From Elusimicrobia bacterium ADurb.Bin231 (GTDB taxonomy: Bacteria > Elusimicrobiota > UBA8919 > MWCF01): a DNA stretch of 64,000 nt. The translations under genes were made by a program, and so were the position numbers. Shown one piece after another: positions 51,761-62,322 of this stretch. The stretch is taken from positions 2,585-66,584 of the forward strand of contig MWCF01000007.1 of the NCBI GenBank assembly GCA_002069855.1, given 5' to 3'. The notes beneath the pieces were generated by a model, which saw only the letters and a list, made by a program, of their open reading frames with translations, was not told the origin of the DNA and did not search any database. Every line of letters starts with the position of its first letter. Position 1 is the first letter of the stretch.

Positions 51761-52513
51761 TTACATATACATTCCGCCGTTGACGGAAATCGTTTGTCCC
51801 GTAATATAGCTTGCGTTGTCTGAACATAAAAATGCGACTACAGAAGCAACATCCGCAGGATCTCCGAGACGGCACAATGGTATAATATCAATCAATTTCT
51901 TTCTCGCGTCTTCCGATAATTTATCCGTCATCGCGGTCTTGATGAACCCAGGAGCAACGGCATTAACATTTATATTTCTTGAAGCAAGTTCTCTGGATAA
52001 AGATTTTGTCATCGCTATAACGCCGCCCTTGGAAGCCGAATAATTCGCCTGACCGGCATTGCCCATCAATCCTACGACAGAGGCTATGTTAACTATTTTT
52101 CCATAACGCTGTTTCATCATAATTTTGGCGACGGATTTTGAACAGTTAAATACGCCTTTTAGGTTTATTGAAATAACCTTGTCCCATTCATCATCGGACA
52201 TTCTTATTAACAGATTATCTCTTGTGATACCTGCATTGTTTACCAGTATATCCAGTCTGCCGAATTTTTCAATTACCTTTTTCGCCATCATATCCGTATC
52301 CGCGGAAAGAGACACATCAATCTTAATCGAGAATGTTTCCACGCCGCATATTTTGGATATTTCTTCGGCGGAGGTTCTCGCCTGTTCTTCATTAACATCC
52401 ACAATCGTCAATTTAGCGCCAAGATTCGCAAGCCCCGATGCTATTTCACGGCCTATGCCTTGTGCCCCGCCGGTAACAACGGCTATTTTGTCTTTTAAAA
52501 TTTTTTCTGCCAT
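51761..52513 (-). CDS. fabG: 3-oxoacyl-ACP reductase.
   Basis: 250 aa. TGGAQGIG Rossmann motif. NNAG. SxxxYxxxK catalytic triad. Confidence 0.9.
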   Translation of the reverse strand: MAEKILKDKIAVVTGGAQGIGREIASGLANLGAKLTIVDVNEEQARTSAEEISKICGVETFSIKIDVSLSADTDMMAKKVIEKFGRLDILVNNAGITRDNLLIRMSDDEWDKVISINLKGVFNCSKSVAKIMMKQRYGKIVNIASVVGLMGNAGQANYSASKGGVIAMTKSLSRELASRNINVNAVAPGFIKTAMTDKLSEDARKKLIDIIPLCRLGDPADVASVVAFLCSDNASYITGQTISVNGGMYM

Positions 52514-52530
52514 ATTCTTTTCATCCTTTT

Positions 52531-53478
52531 TTAAATTTTAGATAATCCTTCCAAAGTATTCTTGAGAGTAATTTCATTCTCCACATTAAATATGTTTGCT
52601 TCAGGATGGATTTTTCTTATCATTCCTGAAACTATGTTCTTCGGCCCGAATTCTATGAATGTCCCGTATCCGGCTGATACCGCTTTTTGTATGGTATCTA
52701 TCCACAAAACAGGCGATGCGATCTGTTTAACGAGTTTTGCGGGAATATCGTATGCCTCTGTGTTTATTTCAGCGTCACAATTTGTTATTATTGGAAATTT
52801 CGGTTTATCGAACTGATATTTTTTCATTTCAATTGCCATTTTTGCAGCTGCATCTTTCATTAAACTTGAATGAAACGCACCTGAAACAGCCAATGGAATC
52901 ATTTTTACCTTTTTCTCTTTTGCCAGCCTACGTGCTGTTTCCAAAGCAGCAAGTTCGCCGGATATGATAATCTGCCCGGGAGCATTAAAATTGACCGCCT
53001 GACATATTCCGCAAGAAGATGCCTCTTTACAAATATCGCAGACTATTGATTCTGTTGCTCCGAGTATCGCAGCCATTCCTCCTTTTGATTTATCGCTTGC
53101 TTCCTGAAGGTATTCCGCACGCTTTAATATTAAAGCAAGTGCATCTTCAAATGTAAGCGCGCCGCAAGCAACAAGAGCGGAATATTCTCCCAGAGAATGG
53201 CCTGCGCAAAGGCATTGAACATCTGTCATCGGGAATTTGGATTCAAAAAGGCAAAAACATGCTACAGATATGATAAATACCGCAGGCTGAGTATGTTTTG
53301 TAAGAGACAATTGGTCTAAAGGCCCTTCAAAAATTATTTTTTTGATATCATACCCCACAGCATCATCGTTTGCACGATTTATTATATCTGAAAAAATGGA
53401 ATGATTATCAAAAAATTCTTTTCCCATACCTACATATTGTGACGCCTGTCCGGGAAAAACAAACATTATTTTTTTCAT
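52531..53478 (-). CDS. fabD: Malonyl-CoA:ACP transacylase.
   Basis: 315 aa. GHSLGEY active-site motif. Q in FPGQASQ. Confidence 0.85.
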   Translation of the reverse strand: MKKIMFVFPGQASQYVGMGKEFFDNHSIFSDIINRANDDAVGYDIKKIIFEGPLDQLSLTKHTQPAVFIISVACFCLFESKFPMTDVQCLCAGHSLGEYSALVACGALTFEDALALILKRAEYLQEASDKSKGGMAAILGATESIVCDICKEASSCGICQAVNFNAPGQIIISGELAALETARRLAKEKKVKMIPLAVSGAFHSSLMKDAAAKMAIEMKKYQFDKPKFPIITNCDAEINTEAYDIPAKLVKQIASPVLWIDTIQKAVSAGYGTFIEFGPKNIVSGMIRKIHPEANIFNVENEITLKNTLEGLSKI

Positions 53479-53490
53479 ACTATAATCCTG

Positions 53491-54468
53491 TTAAATTTTA
53501 ATAACAGCTGCTCCCCATGTCAATCCGCCGCCGAATGCCACAAGAACCGCTATATCTCCCTTTTTAATTTTTCCTTCATAAATTGCCTCTTCAAGGGCTA
53601 TCGGGGTCGTGGCAGCAGAAGTATTTCCATATTTCTGTATATTTATATAAACTCTATCAAGAGTTATATTCATCAATTTTGCGACGCCTTCTACTATGCG
53701 TATATTCGCCTGATGAGGTATCACAAGTGTCACATCATTCGGAGAAATCCCAGCCATGTCTATAGCCTTTAAAGCTGAATCTGCCATTGCTCTAACCGCG
53801 ACTTTAAATAATTTATTTCCTTCCATTTTCAAATAATGTAAACGATCTTCGACTGTTTTTGCAGTAGCCGGATTTCTCGAACCGCCGCCCGGCATAAACA
53901 GCAACCCTGATGAATTTCCATCAGCGCCCAAATAAACGGATAAAATATCTGAATCCGAATTAGAATTTCTAAGTATCACCGCTCCTGCACCGTCACCCAA
54001 AAGAACGCATGTGCCCCTATCTTTCCAATCAGTGATTCTGGATAATGTTTCAGCGCCTATCAACAAGATGTTTTTATAGGTTCCGCATCTTAAAAAATCC
54101 CGGGCTATACCTAATCCGTATATAAACCCCGAACATGCTGCGCTTATATCAAAAACTGCTGCGCTATTCATTCCAAGACCCTTTTGAACGAAACATGCGG
54201 TAGATGGGAAAAACATATCAGGCGTAATTGTAGCAACTATTACGGCATCTATGTCTGAAGTCTTTAATTTTGCCTTTTTTAACGCTCTTTCTGCAGCGCG
54301 AATAGCTAAATCGGATGTTGCTTCGCCGTCTTTCGCTATTCTTCTTTCCTTAATTCCTGTTCTGGTTGTTATCCATTCGTCATTGGTATCAACAATCTTT
54401 TCCAGATCCGCATTCGTTAATATCCGTTCCGGCAGGTATGAACCGATTCCAGCGATTTCAATCCCCAT
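53491..54468 (-). CDS. fabH: 3-oxoacyl-ACP synthase III.
   Basis: 325 aa. Active-site Cys (AACSGF). HQAN and NTSAA motifs. Confidence 0.9.
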   Translation of the reverse strand: MGIEIAGIGSYLPERILTNADLEKIVDTNDEWITTRTGIKERRIAKDGEATSDLAIRAAERALKKAKLKTSDIDAVIVATITPDMFFPSTACFVQKGLGMNSAAVFDISAACSGFIYGLGIARDFLRCGTYKNILLIGAETLSRITDWKDRGTCVLLGDGAGAVILRNSNSDSDILSVYLGADGNSSGLLFMPGGGSRNPATAKTVEDRLHYLKMEGNKLFKVAVRAMADSALKAIDMAGISPNDVTLVIPHQANIRIVEGVAKLMNITLDRVYINIQKYGNTSAATTPIALEEAIYEGKIKKGDIAVLVAFGGGLTWGAAVIKI

Positions 54469-55468
54469 TGTTCTCTCCCAATTTTTTTAATTCTTCTTCA
54501 ATATGCCCGTTTATATTATTTTTTACTGCATTGGCAGTAACTCTAATTCCGTTCTTAATCGCCTTGGCATTCGAAGAACCATGCCCTATAAAACACACCC
54601 CGTTTACACCGAGCAATGGCGCTCCGCCGTATTCATCATAATCTATTTTCTTTTTTATATTTTTAAACACTCCGCGCAGCAATAAATAAGCAGCCATAAC
54701 TTTTATCGGATTTTTTTTCATTTCGTTCTTTATCAACGAAATAAGAAGCTGCGCTACGCCTTCTCCTAATTTAAGCACTATATTGCCGGTAAATCCGTCG
54801 CAGACCACAACATTTATTTCTCCGCGAACAATATCTCCGCCCTCTATATTTCCCACAAAATTCAAATCCGAGTTCTTTAGAAGTTTATATGTTTCAAGGG
54901 TCAATTCATTTCCCTTTGTTTCTTCTTTACCTATTGAAAGTAATCCGACTGCAGGATTTTTTATTCCGAAAATATATTTGGAATATAAACTTCCCATTAC
55001 CGCGAACTGGAAAAGATTTTTCGGCTTGGAATCTACATTAACGCCGGCATCCACAAGCACACAAGGAGCATTAAGCGTTGGAAAAACCGTAGCTATTGCA
55101 GGTCTTGAAACGCCTTTAATACGTTTCAGAGTTATCAGCGCGGAAGCGCCAACTGCTCCTGAATGCCCCGCGGAAAAAAAACCGTCCGCTTTCTTTTCGG
55201 CAAGCAGCTTTATGCCTTGAGCTATCGACGAATTAGGTTTGCTCCGCAATGAACCGGCAGCGGAATCGCTCATTTCCACAACTTCGGATGCATGAATAAT
55301 ACTTATCGGAAGACCCGCTGAATTGTATTTATTTAATTCCGCGGAAACAAGTTTTTTATCTCCGATAAGAAGTATTTCGTGGCCGTATTCTTTTGCGGCA
55401 TCCACGGCCCCGGCTGCAACAACGGCAGGGGCATAATCTCCGCCCATCGCATCTACAACTATTTTCAT
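54458..55468 (-). CDS. plsX: Phosphate acyltransferase PlsX.
   Basis: 336 aa. MKIVVDAMGGD start. Confidence 0.9.
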   Translation of the reverse strand: MKIVVDAMGGDYAPAVVAAGAVDAAKEYGHEILLIGDKKLVSAELNKYNSAGLPISIIHASEVVEMSDSAAGSLRSKPNSSIAQGIKLLAEKKADGFFSAGHSGAVGASALITLKRIKGVSRPAIATVFPTLNAPCVLVDAGVNVDSKPKNLFQFAVMGSLYSKYIFGIKNPAVGLLSIGKEETKGNELTLETYKLLKNSDLNFVGNIEGGDIVRGEINVVVCDGFTGNIVLKLGEGVAQLLISLIKNEMKKNPIKVMAAYLLLRGVFKNIKKKIDYDEYGGAPLLGVNGVCFIGHGSSNAKAIKNGIRVTANAVKNNINGHIEEELKKLGENNGD

Positions 55469-55476
55469 AGAAGATT

Positions 55477-55683
55477 TTACTGTCCTTTTCGCTCTTCGGT
55501 TTTTTTAGTTTTTATTTTTACAACGGAAACATTATTGTAAAAACCGCAAGAAGGACACACTCTATGCGATAGTTTGGGCATTTTGCATTGAGGACATAAT
55601 ATTGAACCTACTGCCGATAATTTCCAGTGTGTTCTTCTTTTATTCTGCCTTGATGTAGAATGACGTCTTTTAGGATTTGCCAT
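55477..55683 (-). CDS. rpmF: 50S ribosomal protein L32.
   Basis: [17 protein letters not shown]. Zn-ribbon CxxC...CxxC. Confidence 0.85.
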   Translation of the reverse strand: MANPKRRHSTSRQNKRRTHWKLSAVGSILCPQCKMPKLSHRVCPSCGFYNNVSVVKIKTKKTEERKGQ

Positions 55684-55760
55684 AATCTTTAAATCTCCTT
55701 AAATATTCAAGTTTACCTGCTTATTATAACAATATAAATTATTTTATTTTAACTTATTTT

Positions 55761-56969
55761 TTACATATTGTCAAGAAGTATTCTGGTCTGCCTTGCTATA
55801 ACCATAGCCTCATTGGTCGGCACAACATATACCTTGACATTGGAATCATCCGCTGAAATTTCCGCGATATTGCTTACACATAAATCATTTTTCTTGCCTG
55901 AAATCTTTATCCCGAGAGATTGAAGATTTTCAAGTATCTTTCCCCTTATAAAAGGAGAACGTTCCCCTATGCCTGCGGTAAAAATTATATAATCTGCGCC
56001 GTTCAATACACCAATATAGGATGTTATGTATTTTTTCACTCTGTAACAAAACATATCTATGGCGAGGCGCGCCTTCGAATTCCCATTTTCATATTCATCC
56101 AGAACAGTTCTCATATCAGAGCTTATTCCGGAAATCCCCAGTATGCCGCTTTGTTTGTTGATAAGAGTTTGAACCTCGTTGGGTTTCAATGAATCTTTAG
56201 ACATCAAATACGGAATTACTGCAGGATCCATATCACCTGTCCTTGTACCCATCATAAGCCCTTCGAGCGGAGTGAAACCCATTGACGTATCCACAGATTG
56301 GCCGCCGAGCACAGCGCAAACGCTTGCTCCGTTACCGAGATGACAACTGATAAGTTTTAGATCCGTTATAGGGACTCCCACTGTTTGTGAAAGTTTTTCC
56401 GTAACATATTGATGAGAAATACCGTGGAATCCGTATTTTCTTATATTATATTTTTCATAAAATCTATAAGGCAACCCGTATATATGGGCATAATTTGGAA
56501 TTGTTTGATGAAAAGCAGTGTCAAAAACCAGTATCTGCGGAATATTCGGCAGAATAGATTCTATAGCCATAATACCTTTAAGATGATGCGGAGTGTGAAG
56601 CGGAGCAAGTTCAAAACAATCCTCAAGCTTTTTTTTAACCTCTTCAGTCACGATAGCCGGCTCTTTAAAATATGCGCCTCCGTGAACTATTCTGTGTCCT
56701 ACAGCATTTATTTCAGATTTATTTTTAATAATACCGGTTTCGGAAGATATAAGGATATTGACCACTTCGTTAATCGCTTCAGTATGATCTCTCGCGGAAA
56801 TCGGCACTTTTATCTTCTTATCGGCATGCGAATGCACCAGTATAGTACCTTCGCAGCCCACTGCTTCTATCTCGCCTTTAGCAAGGCATGTTTCTCCTGA
56901 AACTGAACACAACTCATATTTTACAGAAGAAGAGCCACAATTGAGAACCAGAATTTTTTCAACTGCCAT
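55761..56969 (-). CDS. ackA: Acetate kinase.
   Basis: 402 aa. VLNCGSSSVKY N-terminus. HLGNG and GIGE motifs. Confidence 0.9.
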   Translation of the reverse strand: MAVEKILVLNCGSSSVKYELCSVSGETCLAKGEIEAVGCEGTILVHSHADKKIKVPISARDHTEAINEVVNILISSETGIIKNKSEINAVGHRIVHGGAYFKEPAIVTEEVKKKLEDCFELAPLHTPHHLKGIMAIESILPNIPQILVFDTAFHQTIPNYAHIYGLPYRFYEKYNIRKYGFHGISHQYVTEKLSQTVGVPITDLKLISCHLGNGASVCAVLGGQSVDTSMGFTPLEGLMMGTRTGDMDPAVIPYLMSKDSLKPNEVQTLINKQSGILGISGISSDMRTVLDEYENGNSKARLAIDMFCYRVKKYITSYIGVLNGADYIIFTAGIGERSPFIRGKILENLQSLGIKISGKKNDLCVSNIAEISADDSNVKVYVVPTNEAMVIARQTRILLDNM

Positions 56970-56995
56970 AAACTATTACTCCCGAAAAATATTTT

Positions 56996-57448
56996 TTATT
57001 TTACTTTCTCTTTCCAATCGTCATCGGAATATACAAACAATTCAGATGCTTTAAAGAAATATTCCATCTCTGTTTTCGCAGTAGCAGCCGAATCCGAGGC
57101 ATGAATTATATTCCTTCTGTCGTTAAATCCGTATTCGTTTCTCAATGTGCCCTTTTCCGCTTTTTTTGAATCCGTATTGCCTATTATTTTCCGTACCGCG
57201 GCGACAGCATTTTCTCCTTCTATCACGCATACTATGATCGGAGCGGAAATCATAAATTCGACATAGGGCTCAAAAAAAAACTTGCCTCTATGATTAGAAT
57301 AAAAATCTTCGGCAGTTTTTTGGTTCAATCTTATCATTTTCATACCTACAATTTTGAAACCTGCGGTTTCCAATCTCTCTAAAACTTTACCTATAAGACG
57401 TTTGCACACTCCATCCGGTTTTACTATTATAAAAGTTTTTTCAATCAT
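56996..57448 (-). CDS. ndk: Nucleoside diphosphate kinase.
   Basis: 150 aa. FIIVKPDG start. NIIHASD active-site His. Confidence 0.9.
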   Translation of the reverse strand: MIEKTFIIVKPDGVCKRLIGKVLERLETAGFKIVGMKMIRLNQKTAEDFYSNHRGKFFFEPYVEFMISAPIIVCVIEGENAVAAVRKIIGNTDSKKAEKGTLRNEYGFNDRRNIIHASDSAATAKTEMEYFFKASELFVYSDDDWKEKVK

Positions 57449-58504
57449 TTATACCTCTCTGATCTTTCTTATTATTTCATCCGCCATTTCGCTCGTTTTC
57501 GCAGTGCCTCCAAGATCATATGTAACAACCCTTTTTTCAAATATAACCTGGGCAACAGCATTTTCCAATTTCTTGGCAGCGTCCTTTTCTCCTATGTAAT
57601 CAAGCATAAGTGCCCCGGACAAAATCATAGCCACAGGATTAACCTTATTCATACCTTTATATTTCGGAGCGGAACCGTGAACCGGTTCAAACAAAGCGAT
57701 ATCCTCGCCGATATTAGCTCCCGGAGCAACCCCCAATCCGCCGACAAGTCCAGCGCAAAGATCGGAAATGATATCCCCGTACAAATTCGGAAGCACCAAA
57801 ACGTCATACAATTCAGGCTTCTGGACCAACTGCATGCACATATTGTCTATAAGCCGTTCCTCATATTCTATATCAGGATAATCTTTGGCAACTGAACGTG
57901 CTACTTCATAAAAAAGGCCGTCGCTAAACTTCATTATATTGGCCTTAGTGACGGCAGTTACCTTTTTTCTATTATTTTTTTGGGCATATTCAAATGCGAA
58001 TTTAACAATTTTTTCCGTAGCTGTTCTTGAAATGGACTTTATGCTTATTGCGGAATCGTTTCTTATTCTATTATTCGATAATTTTATTATTTCGGCAGTT
58101 TCACGGCTCCCTATTTGAAACTCCACGCCAGCATACAGATCTTCTGTATTCTCCCTCACCACTACAAGATCTATATTGGTATATTTAGATTTTACGCCTT
58201 CATAATATTTACACGGTCTAAGACACGCGTATAAATCCAATTCTTTACGAAGAGCAACATTGACGGAACGAAATCCGCTTCCTATAGGAGTAGTAATAGG
58301 TCCCTTAATAGCCACCTTGTTTTTTCTTATTGAATCCAGCACTGTCGCCGGCAAAGGAGTGCCGTATTTTTCCATTACATCGCTGCCCGCTTCAGCAATT
58401 TCCCAATCAATCTCAACTCCGGTTGAATCCAAAACTCTGCGGGTCGCTTCTGATATCTCCGGACCAGTACCATCTCCAGGTATCAAAGTTATTTTATATA
58501 TCAT
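57449..58504 (-). CDS. Isocitrate/isopropylmalate dehydrogenase family enzyme (likely NAD(P)-dependent isocitrate dehydrogenase, short type).
   Basis: 351 aa. [14 protein letters not shown]-terminus. [10 protein letters not shown] motif. Confidence 0.7.
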   Translation of the reverse strand: MIYKITLIPGDGTGPEISEATRRVLDSTGVEIDWEIAEAGSDVMEKYGTPLPATVLDSIRKNKVAIKGPITTPIGSGFRSVNVALRKELDLYACLRPCKYYEGVKSKYTNIDLVVVRENTEDLYAGVEFQIGSRETAEIIKLSNNRIRNDSAISIKSISRTATEKIVKFAFEYAQKNNRKKVTAVTKANIMKFSDGLFYEVARSVAKDYPDIEYEERLIDNMCMQLVQKPELYDVLVLPNLYGDIISDLCAGLVGGLGVAPGANIGEDIALFEPVHGSAPKYKGMNKVNPVAMILSGALMLDYIGEKDAAKKLENAVAQVIFEKRVVTYDLGGTAKTSEMADEIIRKIREV

Positions 58505-58539
58505 AATTAAAGAATTTTATAATTTTTTTATCTTTTAGT

Positions 58540-58700
58540 CAAGGGGGCGCTCGGGAATTCCTTCTCGGAACCGACTCGTCCCAGAGGGCGGTCTCTCGCT
58601 CAGTCGGCTGAATGAATTAAGCCGACTTCCGCGAAGTTCCGTTCAGGGACACCCTCGCTTCTGCATTAAGAAAGGTGAAAAACGCAGTCATAAAGTATCA
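58540..58700. other. Short GC-rich (about 55-60% GC), dyad-rich intergenic island of unknown nature at the junction between the core genes and the restriction island.
   Basis: Composition contrasts sharply with the AT-rich surroundings. Hairpin gtcggc-[tgaatgaattaa]-gccgac (58603-58626), flanking gtcccag/cagggac and gaggg/ccctc complementarities. EcoRI-like palindrome ggaattcc. Confidence 0.3.
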
Positions 58701-58751
58701 TAACCGGCCCAATACTTTTATGACTGAAGTGAAGAATCACGTAGCTACCAT

Positions 58752-61049
58752 TTAACGGTGGGAAAAATTGAAATCTTTATAGAGATTTTTCTGGAAATTA
58801 AAAAATGTGGAACGGATTTTTTCAACTCCGCCGAGAGTTAGTTCGGCATCGGAAATGGCTTGATATTTTAAATTAAGCAATTGCGGCAACTTTTCTTCGT
58901 CAAGTTCCTCCACTCCCTTTTCCACATATTTAGTAAGTACAAATTCTAAAAACTCTTTTTGTTTGTCATCTAATCCGCTGAAAATCGCAGGACGGGCTTT
59001 TATTGCTCTCTCTATTCTTGATATCGGTTTTGTGGCAAAAGCGATATATGATAGCACATCAAATAAATCACTCTTCTCTGCATCTATCAATTTCTGTAAT
59101 GTTTCCAGTTCTTCCTTGTCATAACCGCGTTCTGCAATTTTTTCTAAAAACGCTTTTCTTGTTACCGGGTTTGACCAAATTTTACGCAGTTCGGCCTCAT
59201 TTTTGAAAAATTCCGGTAATGTTCCAAACATATTATGCAGGAATTCTTCTGCGGAAATCGGTTTGCCATCAGCGCTCCAAAACGAGGTAGAAATCATATG
59301 TTGAATTTCACGCTCTTTCCCGTCCCGAAGTTTTATCTTCAATATTTTTGCTGTGTAGGGTCTTGGACTTGAATCTCCAGGTTCCTTAACCATTCCCGGC
59401 TTCTTCCCAGTGGTCATATCTATGGGCTCGCCGTCCCATTCAGGGTCAAAAAAATGCTTATAAGCGTCAACAAAGTCGAGGATGGTGAAAAACTCTTTAC
59501 CGTCAAAAAGCCGTGTTCCGCGGCCGATTATTTGTTTAAACTCTATAATAGTATTGATGGGACGCATCAGGACGATGTTGCGGATATTGCGAGCATCTAC
59601 TCCAGTAGATAGTTTTTGTGAAGTCGTTAAAATCGTTGGGATCATCTTTTCGTTGTCACGGAACTCATCCAAAAACTGGTCGCCGCGAGCGCCTTCATTC
59701 GCAGTAACGCGCACACAATAATTCGGTTCTGAACTATCCTTGAATTGGTTGATTAAGTCCCTCACGGCAAGCGCATGGTCTTGCGTAGCACAAAAAATAA
59801 TCGTTTTCTCTTTCTGATTGATTTCGTCAAGCACTATCCGCACTCTCTTGGCTTCCCGTTCTTTTATTTCAATAATTTTATTGAAATCCGGTTCTTCGTA
59901 AACTTTCCCCTCTTCAACCTCGCCTTCAATTATCTGGTCATCGGATGTATAAACATAGTTATCAAGTGTGGTTTGAATTCGTTTTACCTTAAAGGGCGTT
60001 AAAAATCCGTCATTAACGCCTTCCTTTAAGGAATAAATATAAACCGGTTCGCCGAAATATCTGTAAGTGTCAATATTGTCTTTTCTTTTTGGCGTTGCCG
60101 TAAGTCCGAGTTGCACAGCAGGAGAAAAATATTCAAGAATATCCCGCCAGTTTGACTCGTCGTTTGCACCTCCGCGATGGCATTCGTCAATAATTACAAA
60201 ATCGAAAAAATCCCGTGGGTACTCGCCAAAATACGGAGTATCATTGGGCCCGCTCATAAATGTTTGGTAAATTGTAAAAAATACGCTACCTGTAGTTGGC
60301 ACACTGCCTTTCTTCCTTATATCGGCCGGACTAATGCGCACCAAGGCATCTTCCGGGAAACCGGAAAAATCATTAAACGCTTGATTTGCCAGAAAATTCC
60401 TGTCGGATAAAAATAGAATTCTCGGCTGGCGACCTCCGTCCCTGTTCAAATTCCATCTTGCCTGATAAAGTTTCCACGAAATTTGAAATGCGATGAATGT
60501 TTTTCCGGTTCCGGTTGCCAGAGTAAGCAAAATGCGGTTTTTTCCCTTTGCTATTGCGTCTAATGCGTTATTTATAGCGATTTCCTGGTAATACCGAGGT
60601 TTTTTGCCTGCTGATTCTCCATAAGGTATGGCTATAAATTTTTCCTGCCATTTGTTATACCCGGAAAATGTCTTTTGCCACAAATCATCCGGGGTCGGAA
60701 ATTTATCAACATATCTTTCAGCTCCGGTTTCCATTGAAATCTCATAGATCTCTTTGCCGTTGGTGGAATAGGTATACGCTATGCCTAATTTATCTGCGTA
60801 GGCTTTGGCTTGAGTTACGCCTTCGGTTGCCCGCAGCCCTTCCTGCTTGGCTTCTATAACAGCAAGTTTTTGATTTTTATAAACAAGAATATAGTCGGCA
60901 ATTTCCGGCTTCCCGCGCATGCCGCCTGTTTGAATTCTGCCTTCTGTAAAGCGGTACTCACGAAGTATTTTTGTACCTTCTACTTCTCCCCAGCCGCTCG
61001 CTTTGAGTTTCGGGTCAATGTATTCAGCCCTGGTTTCCGCTTCGTTCAT
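58752..61049 (-). CDS. hsdR: Type I restriction enzyme R subunit (short, EcoEI/type IB-like form).
   Basis: MNEAETRAEYIDPKLKASGWG HsdR N-terminal domain. Walker A GTGKT. DEAH box IIDECHRG. C-terminal EcoEI-R-like region. 765 aa. Confidence 0.85.
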   Translation of the reverse strand: MNEAETRAEYIDPKLKASGWGEVEGTKILREYRFTEGRIQTGGMRGKPEIADYILVYKNQKLAVIEAKQEGLRATEGVTQAKAYADKLGIAYTYSTNGKEIYEISMETGAERYVDKFPTPDDLWQKTFSGYNKWQEKFIAIPYGESAGKKPRYYQEIAINNALDAIAKGKNRILLTLATGTGKTFIAFQISWKLYQARWNLNRDGGRQPRILFLSDRNFLANQAFNDFSGFPEDALVRISPADIRKKGSVPTTGSVFFTIYQTFMSGPNDTPYFGEYPRDFFDFVIIDECHRGGANDESNWRDILEYFSPAVQLGLTATPKRKDNIDTYRYFGEPVYIYSLKEGVNDGFLTPFKVKRIQTTLDNYVYTSDDQIIEGEVEEGKVYEEPDFNKIIEIKEREAKRVRIVLDEINQKEKTIIFCATQDHALAVRDLINQFKDSSEPNYCVRVTANEGARGDQFLDEFRDNEKMIPTILTTSQKLSTGVDARNIRNIVLMRPINTIIEFKQIIGRGTRLFDGKEFFTILDFVDAYKHFFDPEWDGEPIDMTTGKKPGMVKEPGDSSPRPYTAKILKIKLRDGKEREIQHMISTSFWSADGKPISAEEFLHNMFGTLPEFFKNEAELRKIWSNPVTRKAFLEKIAERGYDKEELETLQKLIDAEKSDLFDVLSYIAFATKPISRIERAIKARPAIFSGLDDKQKEFLEFVLTKYVEKGVEELDEEKLPQLLNLKYQAISDAELTLGGVEKIRSTFFNFQKNLYKDFNFSHR

Positions 61050-61072
61050 TTACACCCCATAACATATTTTTT

Positions 61073-61097
61073 AACTACCGAGAAATCCTCGGTAGTT
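61073..61097. other. Perfect 10-bp stem / 5-nt loop hairpin in the hsdS-hsdR intergenic spacer.
   Basis: aactaccgag-aaatc-ctcggtagtt. The T-run follows on the plus strand only, so it is not an intrinsic terminator for the minus-strand operon. Confidence 0.5.
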
Positions 61098-61107
61098 GCC
61101 GCTTTTT

Positions 61108-62322
61108 TCATAATTTCCCCGCGAATGCTTTTTTAAGGACGGATTTTTTCAATTCATCCAAGTCATCCAGTTTTTTCTGATAAATTTGCTCGAGCTTTTT
61201 GGTTTCTCCAGAAAGCGCATCGAGTTTGTTAACGATTAATTGTTGCTCTGTTGGACTAGGGATATGCATAGCCGAGTTTTTTGCCTTAATAATAGTAAAT
61301 GTTCCAACGGTAGCGCCATTGGAACTATTAATATATTTTTTAAATGACGGGGAATTAAAAAAATACTCTACAAAACGGGAGTTTATATTCCCTTTGGTTT
61401 TTAACCAAATAATGTTTCCATCTTTAAAATAAAATTTATCTTTTTGTTTTACAACATAACATATTCCAAGTGTACCAACCCCTGTAACCATGATATCGCC
61501 TTCTTTTGGAATACCGTATTTTTCACTATATATCTTATACATTCCCTCTGAGATGAACAATTCATTTTTTACATATCCTTGTTTAGCAAGTTTTACTATT
61601 TCTCTGGCTCTATAAAAAGGTACTCCTTTATTTTTCCACTCTGATTTAAAAACTCGTTTGCTTGATGTAATTTCAAAAAAATCACTTAACGTTTTGCTTT
61701 CCCAACCCTTGCCGGGATTCGCAAAAACACTCTGCAAATACGATTCAAAAAGCTCGCGGGCATTTTTCAGATTCTTTTCAGTATTTTCTCTTGCCTTTGA
61801 AATCCCCGCAAAAACCTCATCCAAAATTTTCACAATATGGCGCTGCTCTTGGAGCGATTGCGGATACGAAATTTCAATTTCTTTGAGTTTTGCTTTATTT
61901 AATGTTTTCCCTTTTATTTTAACATCCCCTTGTGCGGCAGTATGCCAGTCGAAGAAACTTAAAAAATAGTATAAATAATTTTTTGATATTTCTTTCTCAT
62001 TTTTTATCGTTAATGCTGCAATTGCTTCGTTTGTATATAAATCTTTGCCAGCAAAAGCAAGCCGGCCAAGAGTCAATTTGAAGCTTACCAATAATGTTCC
62101 TTTTTTGACAATTTTACCTAATTGGGCACCCTCATCCGATATATATTCTTTGCTATCCAATACAATATTGTCAGTCGTGTTCAAAAGATCCGCAATAGAA
62201 AGCCAAACATTGTCACCTCTCCTATCTGGGTCCCAATATTTATGGTTTCCTCTATAAGGCGTTTTTCCAAGCTCAATTGTACATAAATCACCAAGTTTTT
62301 TTGTTTGCCAATTATTATTCAT
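61108..62322 (-). CDS. hsdS: Type I restriction-modification specificity subunit.
   Basis: 404 aa. Two target-recognition half-domains separated and followed by conserved coiled-coil spacers (LKNARELFESYLQSVFA ... LEQIYQKKLDDLDELKKSVLKKAF). Confidence 0.85.
   Translation of the reverse strand: MNNNWQTKKLGDLCTIELGKTPYRGNHKYWDPDRRGDNVWLSIADLLNTTDNIVLDSKEYISDEGAQLGKIVKKGTLLVSFKLTLGRLAFAGKDLYTNEAIAALTIKNEKEISKNYLYYFLSFFDWHTAAQGDVKIKGKTLNKAKLKEIEISYPQSLQEQRHIVKILDEVFAGISKARENTEKNLKNARELFESYLQSVFANPGKGWESKTLSDFFEITSSKRVFKSEWKNKGVPFYRAREIVKLAKQGYVKNELFISEGMYKIYSEKYGIPKEGDIMVTGVGTLGICYVVKQKDKFYFKDGNIIWLKTKGNINSRFVEYFFNSPSFKKYINSSNGATVGTFTIIKAKNSAMHIPSPTEQQLIVNKLDALSGETKKLEQIYQKKLDDLDELKKSVLKKAFAGKL

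Noticed and set aside
58540-58700. Tested the GC-rich island against tmRNA (tag-reading frame, CCA-terminal T-arm), SRP RNA domain IV (GGAA tetraloop / AGCAG) and a tRNA cloverleaf.
   Set aside because: None of the diagnostic motifs is present. Only a partial D-arm-like string was found. Identity left open rather than called as a known ncRNA.
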